This document shows positions 27,492 through 39,340 of a stretch of DNA of 64,000 nucleotides, piece after piece (within the stretch, counting starts at the first letter, position 1; each line of letters opens with the position of its first letter). The stretch spans positions 5,768,001 to 5,832,000 of the forward strand of contig NC_087251.1 of NCBI RefSeq assembly GCF_037042905.1. Reading direction: 5' to 3'. Made by a program: the position numbers and the translations under genes. The notes beneath the pieces were generated by a model. It saw only the letters and a program-made list of their open reading frames with translations. It made no database searches and was not told the origin of the DNA. The DNA is from Lytechinus pictus (lineage: Eukaryota).

Positions 27492-30477
27492 TTAAGCATG
27501 AAATGGTAGCTGAGGAACAAATGCATGGTTTTAGGAGACTAAGAAAAAAATATATATATAAATTCACTGAAGGTTTTAATTGTTCATAACTTAAAGACTA
27601 ATTTTACATCTTCTTTAGATGATGAATCACACTTTGAAAGCAGAAATCATATTGACATCCGATATGTCTATATTGGAATCTCTTTTTAAAATTAATTTCT
27701 TCAAAAAACCAATGATTATTCAGAAGAATTTATGAGAGACTTGTTCTACATCTTCAGTAGATCATTAATTTGGAGAGTTGTTTGGTATGTTGTTTTACAT
27801 CTTCATTAGATATCAAGTGATCAAAGTAGGATATGGCATTTTATCTGGGGACAACTGTTTATGTGGAAAATCTACTTTATAAAGTCACACATGTATATGA
27901 ATACCTTTAACTCCAAACCCCTTAGAAGAAATGTAATTTCATAAAATCATCACACAATTTTTTTTACTTTATTGAAGTAGCTTGTTATCGACCCAATTGA
28001 TGTAAAATATATTTTATAAAAATATGTTACAAAAATCGATGGGTGACAGTATGTGAGGTTTCTGTTATTTGCTAATTCAGTTGGCTTTTATAAATGTAAT
28101 TTTACACAATCTTTCTCAGCATGATTCCAAAGATCCATACATTTCTATGCACTCTACCTCTTGCCTGTACTCTTGCACAGCATAATGGTCAAAATATTGG
28201 TCATATAGCATCTAGATATGACAGAAAATAAACAATTTTACAGGAAGTACAACTATTGGAACTTAAGATTTCTCTAACTCTATTCACACATTCTCATCTT
28301 GTTCTCTAAAAGCCTCTCCTATTCTGAATATTTTACAAACTTTGCATCAAATATAGCTGTTTCTGATAAAAATTGATTTTTTTATTATAAAAACTGGAAC
28401 AATCCCCTCAATTCAAGACCAACTGCACCCACCTGTTAAGCAATAGATGATTCCATTAAATATGATGATTTATCATCGTTTCCTAGCAATATGCTTTGAA
28501 CACTCAACCGAAGAACCTTTAATATGATTTGGGTGTGCAATACAGTTTGAGCCTTGTAATATATATTTTTCAGACCCAATTTTTTATGATTTGATCAGCT
28601 AGACAGCCTCCTGTCAACGATTTGGAATAAATAATGAGATATTTTTTGGCTCTCTTTCTGCGATTCATCGCAAGCATGTACACAGACCACAGTTTTTCCA
28701 AGACTTGGGTTCATACAAAGTTCAACTGTGTGCTGTGTGTGTCATTACATGCACCAGAGATGCAGCGCTCTCAGAAATCCATCGCTGAACACTGCTGTGT
28801 TGTGGACGCCATGGTATACATTCACAAAGGCTAACCGATACATTCATGGGACACCATTGTCAAACACAATATCATGACTGAATGTTCACATTACTATGCC
28901 AACGTTCTGCATCTCATTAGAGTACTCAGCTGTTTGATATCTGATTCGCTCTCTTCAATAGCCGAGGGACGAGCTGCTAAATGGGTTGCTCTCCCTTCTC
29001 TATGGGCAATGCATGGATTGCAGGATGCTATATAAAGAGGATGCTACGGTGGATTTTACAATCGTAGGAAATGTGCATTGAGTTCCCAATATTTTGAAAC
29101 GACCAAGTGAGTACAGATATTCAATAAGTTTCATGTTGATTTTTGTCAGATCAATCATACCAATGTTATAATAAAAAATCAATTAAATTTCTTTTTTAAT
29201 TTTATCTGATCAGTCAAAATTCTAATTCTAGAGAACACCTCCCACTGAACAAAAGTACACTAATAATATAGACCAGAGTGAGTGATATGTAAATACTATA
29301 AATTAAAACAATTAGATAACAAGGTTTGTAGGCCTATAGATTCCAAGGAATATGGTGACCACTTAAAGACTGCATGCCTGTATATTCAAATCTTTGGGAT
29401 AAAGTGACAAAAATATACATGCTTCCATTTTGAAAATCAGTGGAATTAAGAATGATGCATCTCATTATTGCCATCCTCAAAAATTCTCTTTTGTAATTTT
29501 TTCTTCAAAATCTTGACTGGTTATATTAGAAGCAACTTTGTAAACCATTTTATTACACAGTAAAAACGCTGTTTTTTTTTTAAATGTTGATACAACTACT
29601 GTATGAACCATACAGTAGTTGTTTATTAAAAAATGCTTAAGATATTTTATTTAATTTTAATATTTTATTCTAGTTTAATTTTTAATATTTAATTCTCAAT
29701 AAACTAAGCATGGTAACTAAAACTGTTAAACTACTAAAAGATTTATATAGTAAATAGTGTTTTATCAAGTTTAAAAAGCTTTTTTCTGTGTAAGGAACAC
29801 ATATCATTATATATATATTTTTTTTTTTCCTCAATTCAAACCAGCACTTTATTAAAGGGTGCATTAATTGCAAGTATCATAATAGACTGGAGATCTATAG
29901 GCATACATGCATAAATACATTGTACAGTATGTCAATGTAAACGATTCCTCTCTGTTTTGAATGCTAAGCACAACTCATCCAGTTTGAATGTATCAGTATA
30001 CAAGACAAACAGAACACCATTTTTATCTTTGCTATACTGATTATAAATGGGCACCATTTATTTATTTATATTTTACTCCCAAGAAGCTGCATTACTGAAC
30101 CCAATTTCTTAATTCCTACGTGCAGTGTAAGTCCTATTTGGTTTACCCCCATTAAACCTTGAACTAAAGTGCATATTGAAGCACATAAATTATGAAGTTG
30201 GTCAAAATTATCATTTTTTTAAATAACTACTAAAACCAATATTATGGATAGAATGCATGCATAGTTTTGCCTTTGTTTTCAAAGTGGGTTGTATACAATT
30301 ATTGTAGGGCATCTTCAATTGCTAAAAACTGAAAAGAAAAAAATGTTGACATGTACCTCTAGATATCTAGACTATAGTATATATAGAAGGAAAAAATCAA
30401 GGTAGATCCAGACCCAACTCTTATTGTATTCATCTGATCCATCATCCACTTCAATACTGAAAAATGTAGGTCCACAT

Positions 30478-30620
30478 CTACCTCAAGCGATGTTCGTGCA
30501 GGCTCCACTCCACTCCACTACCACTTCGGGTAGGTGCAGCGTAGTCTACGGCCGTAGTAGGTGGAGCGTAGTGTAGCGGTAGTAGTGAAGTGGAGCCTGC
30601 ACGAACATCGCTTGAGGTAG
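30478..30620. mobile_element. 143-bp MITE with 32-bp perfect TIRs and a 7-bp TSD
   Basis: ctacctcaagcgatgttcgtgcaggctccact and its exact reverse complement; TCCACAT at 30471-30477 and 30621-30627. Confidence 0.9.
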
Positions 30621-31810
30621 TCCACATCCAGATCAAAAATTATAAGTTATACAAAATAGATTACAATAATGTCACATTACAGTAATTGTTAATCAAAGGC
30701 CGCTCAAAAACAACAATATGCCATCAGTTATAGAATCTAGCCACTAACTGTTAGATCTAATCTAATTGAACACTTGAAATGATTCTGACTGGTGACCCAT
30801 GACTGTTCAATAAAATATATCAAGTCAATATGATAATTTGTAAAATGTAATTAAGCAATTGATTGATAAAATATATTTGTTTTATGCCAGTGCATGGTAG
30901 ATTGATTTAAAAATTGGTAGGTCTAGATCTAATTGTGACTAAGTATCTATAAATGAACTTTCCACTTAGCACCCTTGAAATAAGAAAAGAACTCACTTTA
31001 ATTCTTATGCCATTCCATCCAAAAACCCACTCTCTTGATAGAAAATAAATCTGACTGTATCAAGCACTGAAAGTGAAGTTACAGATTCTCATCTTAATCC
31101 ACTGGTAGGTATGAAGTTCCGAGGTCCACCGAGACAAAACTAAATGAGAAGGTATCGATGATTAAAGTCGAGTCAAACTTGGCCCAAGTAAAATCATGCC
31201 ATGATTCATAAAAGTTTCGACCATGTCCATGTCAACTCAAACTGTAATGTAAGACGCCGATAATTGAAACGAAATTAAATAAATTGCCATTCAAGTTTAA
31301 CTGTAGACGTATTTTGGCCTGATAGCTTTCATTTCAAATTAACAATCTTTTTAAAAAACTTTTGGAAAAAGCACCAAATCAAGTTTTTTAATGCTTGATT
31401 CGTCGATTGTGCCGAAAAGATGTCCGCCCACGCACTCTTTTACTTTCAAGGAGCCTACCGTACCACCAAGCAGGCACGCGAAGACTTGAATAAACTCGTT
31501 CATCTCGACTCGATCGACAAGACCGAAACGTTGCGAAGCTAGCAAAGCTGCTCCAACGAAACATGCACGCCACGACACGAGCGTACAGGCTTTAGCGATA
31601 GGGACCTTACTACTCCTAGCTTGTAAAAATCAACAGAATGGTAAAGAGCTCACAAAATGCGGGAATTGTTCAAAATCATGGTAGGCCTACTGAAGTCAAA
31701 GGCACGAAAAATATTCGTAAAGATAAAACTTTTCTTGATAAAAGAACAAAAAAGTGAGGCAGATAATGCCACTCTTTGAAGGAATCTTGATGAAATTTGA
31801 AGTAACTTAC

Positions 31811-32400
31811 CTGAATTTAACTTTGTCTTTGTTTTTGTGGAAATGCTCGAATATTTCTCTCAATGTTTACATCAGTAGTTTTCCTAATTTCCCGCGTTAT
31901 AAAACTTTGGCCGAGCTTTTTGTTTGTAAGTGCGCAAGCACGGGCGCCGTTTTTGGTAACTGCTCTGAAATGATGTCATCCTTGGGCTCCAAATAAGGGA
32001 CGGCCTCTTCCAAAATGTGCATCGGGTTGGTTCAATATTCTCATCCTTGAAAGCAAGGGGGTGGGGTGCCTTACTACCTTTAATCGACCAATGGTAAAGA
32101 AGAGCTCTGGGTATTGCAACATGTCAGGACACGAATTCCCGCGCTTTTCTGGCAAGAGCCCAGGATGACAGAGTATTTTGTCGATCAACAATTCTCCTTT
32201 TTTCACCATCACCAATCGACCGGTCATTTTATAACATTCAATTGGCCCTGGTTTCTCGATTTCACCGACCAAAGATGGCGCACTGCCATCACACACATCA
32301 GTGCCGTATCGTCATCACTCAATACCAGATCAATTGATCCTCTCGATAGAGAACATACAACGTTTCGTCACACATTATAATCTTCCATCATGCACAACCT
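31811..32400 (-). other. Candidate non-coding first exon (5' UTR) of the BH3-only gene (5' boundary approximate)
   Basis: Consensus donor CAG|gtaagt at 31810-31809 lies in a locally CpG-rich region (about 31380-32500). There is an in-frame TGA upstream, so the exon would be untranslated relative to the main ORF. Confidence 0.5.
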
Positions 32401-33616
32401 ATTTTAGAAAATAATCACAATAAGAGCAAACCCTAAACAAAAACAACAATAGAAAGCTCTAAAAACGAATACATAATCCTCAGCAATATGGCGGATGGGG
32501 CATCATCGATGATCTATTTTTGAAAGCAAAATTCGGAATAAAAAAGGAACAATAAATTTAAAAAAATCTGTAGATCGTAGATCACTAAATTCAGTTGTAC
32601 ACTCTAGTTGTACACTCTGTAACTCCCATTACCATATATTTTTTCCTCTCTTGTTTAAGTTTTCAGTCTTCATCTGTCATTTACCAAGAATAATACTATC
32701 GTTGAAAAAAAATACTCTAATGCTGTTTAATTAACTGTTTCGCACTCAAGATCTAAATTTGATTTGAAGTTCACTTTGACCTACAAGTAAATGTATATTC
32801 TAAAAAGAAGAAAGAAAAGGGGGGGGGGGACAAGAGGTCATGCTGGCCAGCACAGATCATAAACTAAAGATTGACGTTTTTTCAAAATTATGAAAGTTTT
32901 GACAATTTTGAGCTTTCCGGCACAATTCACTACTTTGATTGATGTATTGATTGATTGATTTTATTTGCGAAGTTCTCAAATGCAATGGATTTTATACATC
33001 GAAGAAAGGAACTCATGCTTATGTAGTAAGCCTACTCACACGATCTACCTTAACTTTTACTCTAATCATCCCACATTGTCTAATCGTAGTTCTATCGCCA
33101 CCTTTTGCATTTTATCATATAAAATTATGTGTATTCAAATTTTGTCCCCCAGGATGATATTGTTTTAAAAGGAGTGCTGATTAAATGTGTAAGATAATCA
33201 TTGCTGCACCTCGTTCTGTTACAAGGGAGACATGTTATATACACATGTATGAAAATATGTAATAATTATGATTTTATGTATGTAATATGAAAAAGGAAAT
33301 TTGGAACATGGCGTTTGATAAGGTTTTCTTTCCATCTTTCTCTTTTAAAAGTCAAACTTTGTTTATTCTTTCGAATCTGAATCTGAATAGCTGAGTTGGC
33401 ATATTTCGCTTGATGACACATCTACGCTAACTTGGAAACACTAATCTCTTCTCAGAAAAACTATATAATACTTCATTTATTATCATCTTCAACTACGAGT
33501 GTCTTTAAGAATTTGGGGGAACCCCCTTGCTTTGAGATAAAAATAGAACTTGTTTACAAACGTATTTTGACCTTTCAGATGTCTGATGCATTATGGGAAA
33601 ACTTTTTACAAACAGA

Positions 33617-33672
33617 ATGGCGGCCAAAGTCTGCGATAGCGATGGAAGAACTGGATTTTCACAGCCTTTGAA
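33617..33672 (+). CDS. Candidate first coding exon A of the kinase gene (MAAKVCDSDGRTGFSQPLK)
   Basis: AGAATGGCGGCC start context; donor AA|gtgaga is phase 2 and compatible with the phase-2 acceptor at 40996. Confidence 0.4.
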
Positions 33673-33765
33673 GTGAGATATCTATATAATTTAGCATTTT
33701 TTATGTAGAGCTTTATCTAGAATGGGGGTATCGTATGTCTCGGGTTTTATGAATTAATTGTTGTT

Positions 33766-33917
33766 ATGTGGAAATGTAATGAAAATAACAATTATCGGTG
33801 CATTGTCGAAGCGGAATCTGGTGCGTCAAGTACGCCGAAGGCTCGGGTGGATATGACTTACAAGTACGGTACAGTACCCGGTCAGTGTGGCGGCACCGTA
33901 GTTCGTCTACTGACTAA
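33766..33917 (+). CDS. Candidate first coding exon B of the kinase gene (MWKCNENNNYRCIVEAESGASSTPKARVDMTYKYG...RLLTK)
   Basis: CpG-rich open frame from ATG 33766 to the strong donor AA|gtgagt, phase 2, compatible with the acceptor at 40996. Confidence 0.4.
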
Positions 33918-34084
33918 GTGAGTAAGTCTAACTCTAAGACTCGAGCTCGAGGTTCAGCTTGATTGAATTGACGATGACGCACATTGAATGTTTACTTGTG
34001 TATGGGGTGTCTAAACATAACTTTTTAGTTATTATAGATACAATTAGAAATTGACTATTCAATCAAATTGTTATGACCCTGGTA

Positions 34085-36158
34085 CAGGGGCGGATCCAGC
34101 CTTTTGGCATTTGCCAATACTAATAATTACCAGTAGGGGGGGCCCGGAATTTTTTATTCAGCCATATTTTCCCTGATCGGCCGCTCGAAGATGATTTTCG
34201 GTTTCTTTGAAGGGGTATTCCTAATAGTTACTTCTTAGCTTCATTCATATAAATTGACAGAAATGTAATATCATAATCGTTATTTATATAGAGCGCGAGC
34301 TAATTATTTAAAAAATCTGTTGTATTTTCTCATAAATTTTGAACATTCTGGGCAATGATGTGTATGCAACTACATAATTACTACAAACGCGTAGTGCGAG
34401 CAGAAATGAACTGATGGAAAAGGTACCTATTAAAGACTGCATGCAGCTAGCCATGAAGACGTACATATCTTACAAATGAAATAATGCTTAAACAGAATAG
34501 CCATAGGTATATAGCTAAACAATTGATGCGAGCGCGAAGCGCGAGCGGAAAATTTTGAGATTTAGACCTACTGAATGAGACACTTTATTCATGTTTTGTA
34601 AATCATGCAAAGGATGAGTAATTACGTTATTAATGTAATCCTTACATTAATAATGCGAGCGCAAAGCGAGAGCAGAACATTTTTCATATACGTTTTGAAC
34701 TGTTCTAAAAGGTACCTGTTAAGGACAGCTTGCACTTAGCCATGAAGACGTTACATATTTCAACAATCAAATAATGCGAGCTGAAAATTTTTGACATTTC
34801 TACATAAAGAATTGAAAACTTTAATCAATTTTTTTAATCGTGAACAAGATAGCTTCATAACTAAACATGGAAAAAATTGAGGTATTTAGACCTAAAAAGG
34901 GGACACTCTATTCATGTTTTGTAAATCATGAAAAGAATGAGTAATACTAATAAGGGATCTTCCTACATTGATAATGCGAGCACAAATAGCGAGCAGAAAA
35001 TTTTTGATATTGTGATCTGAAACTGAGAACAAGATGAGTATATGAACATACGCGCGCGTGTTTCATATTTAGACCTAGAATCTAGGCATTCTAAATACAT
35101 CTTTTATCATGGAAATCAAAGCGAGCGCAAAGCGCGAGCTTAAACTATTTTATATTCCGATCTGAAAAAAAGAGTCAATTTCAGCTCTATATTTCAAAAA
35201 AAATTTGTAGGAAAATTGTGAGGTGGATATTGATTGCACTTAATAAAGAGTTGATATTATTCATTATAATTACTTTGAGTTTTGACATAGGACCGGGACA
35301 TCCTTCGGATATGAAAATGATGACTGTCTTCCTATTCCTCTTGCTAAGCGCGAGATGAAACAAAAGGGACAATTTAATTATTAAATCAATATCTTATTCA
35401 TTAATGCCTAATGAGGGTGCAAAATCTGATGATATTATGACCTGAAAATTGGAAATTTCAATCACTTTTGTAATTATGAATATGATGCATCAGTTAATAT
35501 ATTTTCAACCATTAAATCAAGCGCAAATTATATGTATATATTTTTGTACACTGTCATGAAAAGGGGATTTTAAGTAGTTTGTTGTATAATCAATATTGAG
35601 TCATACAAACTCGCCAATCAAAATGCGAGCATGCAGCGCTAGTTGATAGTTTTGGCAATCAGACCTGAAAAGTGATATTTTGAAAACTTTATGGAATACC
35701 GTACATGAAAATAATAGGTACCTGATAAATCAAAATTTGCGAACGCGCAGCGAGAGCAGAAAATGTTGATATTCAGAGCATAAAACTGACATTTTACATA
35801 GCACTTTTTAAAAATCAATTTGTAAATCACACAAAATAATGAAAGTTCGATTTCCGAGATGAAATATGTTTTGTATATTGACTTCCAAACTTGATATTTA
35901 AACTCCATATTGAACAAGATATGGAAATCACCTAACAGGCAATGCGAGCGTGAAGCATGAGCGAAAATTTTATATAGTGACATGAAAGATTATATTCATT
36001 TTTTAAGTCTTCCCCTCATCTTATTTTATTCACTCGTCTTCCTCCTCTCTTTTCCCTCTTTCCCCCCCTTTTTTTCTTTCTTTCCCTTTTTCCTATTTTA
36101 TGCTCCGCCAATAGGGGGGGCCCGGGCCCCATCGGGCCCCTCCCTGGATCCGCCTATA
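34085..36158. mobile_element. About 2.1-kb non-autonomous TIR element with internal GCGAGCGCGAAGCGCGAGC repeats
   Basis: caggggcggatccag ... ctggatccgcctata ends; about ten degenerate copies of the GC palindromic motif spaced through an AT-rich interior. Confidence 0.7.
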
Positions 36159-36194
36159 GATGTGCTACTCCAGCTACCATTTTTTTTGTGCAGT

Positions 36195-36617
36195 CAGTAG
36201 AGGCGCACGGCCAATATGGGAGACTCTATCCAATATGGGAGACAATCTCCCATATTTGAGACTTGCTTTGCTAAAGAACAAAAGAAACAACACTACAAAA
36301 GCGTTATTTTTCCACCCAAAATGTTGTCTCAGAGGTCAGAAGCCCATTTATTTTGCGTGTGGATGACAACAACAATCCTTATCAAAACAAAAGTAGACAG
36401 TGAAAAGGGGTAATTTTTCATAAGGAATATGCTTATCACATTTTTATTTGCCGCCAAGGTAATCATTTTTCAGCAAATGTAAACAAAGGAAATTGGTCTC
36501 CCAAACTGGAGACTGTCTCTGAAATTGGATACCAAAATTCTTTACAAAAGTCTCTGATATTGGAGATAATCTCTCTCACGGGAGACAGTCTCCCATATTG
36601 GCCGTGCGCCTCTACTG
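36195..36617. mobile_element. 423-bp MITE with 31-bp perfect TIRs and a 5-bp TSD
   Basis: cagtagaggcgcacggccaatatgggagact ... agtctcccatattggccgtgcgcctctactg; GCAGT at 36190-36194 and 36618-36622. Confidence 0.9.
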
Positions 36618-39163
36618 GCAGTGTGCCAGACTAACGTTAGACCATGATGTAGACCAAAAGCTTCGGTCTCTGTTAAATAGATTGTTCCGCTGAACTCCGT
36701 TGGCTCCAATCACCAAATACACAGAGACTGAAGTTCTAACTCGATCTGTACAGGGACTCAATGGCCATATGTTTATGTATTAAGTTCGGATAAACTAAGG
36801 AAGTGGGAGTTGCGCGACAGCCGAAGTAAATCACTGTTTTTGTCCTTTCAAGTTTATTTTTCCCGTTTTGGTGCATTTCAGGCAAAAACGGAATAATAAT
36901 CTTTATTTTGGTCCAGTTCTTTTTATATATTTTGATGAAATAAAGACAAAAATTGATGAGCCCCGTCTTGGGGATTTTTTAATGTTAACCCCTAATGGTG
37001 GCTGCACGATCGCGAGCCATCTGTGTACAAGGAGAAATAAAAAAAATTAAAAATGTAAAAAAAAACTCCTCGAAATAGACGGCTGCCAGCTGTAAACCAT
37101 GATGTAGACCGAAAATCAGTTTATTTCGGTCAGAATATACACCGCTCAGACTTTGTCTGGCTTCGCAGTATCCCCTCCGTCTATAGACTAAAGTCTCCCA
37201 TAGGACTCATAGTGCTGGTGCTTTGCATGACGCTTAACTACAGCGTTTATGCCCTATGGAGAAAAAGCTACTGCACCCCCTCGATTACTGCTTAATTCCC
37301 TCTTTTGGTGGGGGAAACAGAGCACAATGTAAAGTTGTTAACGAAGAATTAATCACTTTACCAGTTTCGGGAAATATGTGATTTGATATCCAAAATTTTG
37401 ATTTCAAAGAGTCGGTGCAGGTTACAACAATCGATTGTTGTCATATTTATTTTGCAGCGTGAGCATACAAATGTGCCAGTCAACCATGTTCATGTTGCCA
37501 TTTTCAGTTCATTATAAGCAAGAACGTCATGAATTATGCAAATTTGGAATGGCAAAGTGATTGAAGGGTAAATTTTAAGTCACCTATTTGAAACATCCAA
37601 TACACTTTACAACACAACCATATAGCACATGTGCACTTACATGCATCATAAACAAAGAGTATTGACTCGCTGCGTTCTCAAAGCCTCTCTGTGTGTTGGG
37701 ATATAAGTTACATGTAAGGCACCACCCCTCTTTCTAAAAACATTTATCACCCCCATTTTCAGAATGGATTGATTGCGAACAATTTTTGAATATTTTTATT
37801 TTGAGATCAAATATTGTTAATTAGTGGGAGCATCTCAATCCGTCGCCCGAGAAAAATGGCAGCTAAAATTTGGACTGAGTATGCGAGTCGAATTTTGACT
37901 GTGCTAAACTCCTTTGTCTTTAGCTGGATCCCTTTACCAAACATTGCAACATTTTAGGGAATTACTAAGGATTAATATCAGACGTCACATGACACCCTTC
38001 AGCATTGCAAATTGAGCAGCATTGAGTGATCGAAAGCCAAGGCTTTTGACTTTGTACCTCTGCTCTATTATACAAATATTCAATGTTGATGAGTGCGATC
38101 GTCCAGAATATTACATGAGTGTGCAAGTTGAATAGACTGTTTCAACTTGCACGGAACAACATTGAATATTTGTTTTATACAGCACCGATAACTTACCGTC
38201 GAACTAGCAATAACAAAGTTTGGGGTAGCCATGATCTAGTCCTAGGCTCTTATAAAGCCCACATAAACGCTAAAGTGCGTCGTCCAAGTATAGGCAGCCG
38301 TACCCTGGGAATGATTAGCAATTAGCAACGTACGTATGCGCATTATGTTAAGCTAGCTTAGCAACGTGCACATATGCGCAGTGCGCATACAGTCGTTGTC
38401 GATCTATCTATGTGTTGTATAATTGCTAATATAGCCAAGAATATTTTACAGATAGGCCTATTGCCTACCTAGAGTTTGAATATAACATTTCCTCTCCCCG
38501 ACGGAGCTATATTTTTCCCAAGGGAAAATATTCTCCCAAGGGAAAAATATACCTTCAGAGGGGAGTTGAAATGTTATTTATTAAAAAGATAGACCAGGCA
38601 ATGTCTGTTATAGTCTATGTGGATTAGCCATCAGAGATTGCATTCATCTCTGGCTCTCTGATTAACCCGAAATTCTTGCTGCAGCTCTGATCCATTTACA
38701 TGAATGTCTTAATAGAAAAATTTTGGAAAATAAATCAAGCGCGTTCTTCATGCAATCGACGCGTTAACACTAGCGCGTACATCAAATAAACTACCCGATT
38801 ACGCTACTTGTAAGCAGCGAGTGACGTCACCTTAGTGAATATAACGCCGCAATACAACGCAGAACTATTCACCGAGGAGACGTCAAAACCTAGAATATAA
38901 CAAATGCGATCCTCGCAGCTATGGTCACGTGATGGCGTATTGACCTATCACTGATTCATATCTACATAACCTATGTAATATATCATATTGTTCAATGCCT
39001 ACTTGTACATGAAGCTTGTTGTACACAAGCAAATGGAAGGCTGGATGTCAAATAAAGCTGGGGTAATAGTGCACCTCGGAATAGTTTATTTTAAGACTGA
39101 TAACACTATATAAATGCCTAATTTGATGATTATGTTATTATTATTTTTATTAATATTATTTTA

Positions 39164-39199
39164 AGTAGTAGTAGTACATTTAGTAGTAGTAGTAGTAGA

Positions 39200-39279
<80 letters not shown>

Positions 39280-39340
39280 TAGTAGAAGTAGTAGTAGTAG
39301 TTAGTAGTAGTAGTAGTATCATTATTATTACTACTACTAC
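39164..39340. repeat. (TAG)n microsatellite followed by short (TAT)/(TAC) runs
   Basis: Long gtagtagta run; it is the source of the poly-Thr ORF 39161..39415. Confidence 0.95.

Noticed and set aside
29592..29622. Short perfect hairpin acaactactgtatg/catacagtagttgt (similar ones at about 6811 and 46617)
   Set aside because: Too short to assign a function; probably TE remnants or chance.
34085..36158. CRISPR-like array of repeats
   Set aside because: Eukaryotic context, degenerate repeats with irregular and mutually similar spacers, bounded by TIRs, and no cas genes.
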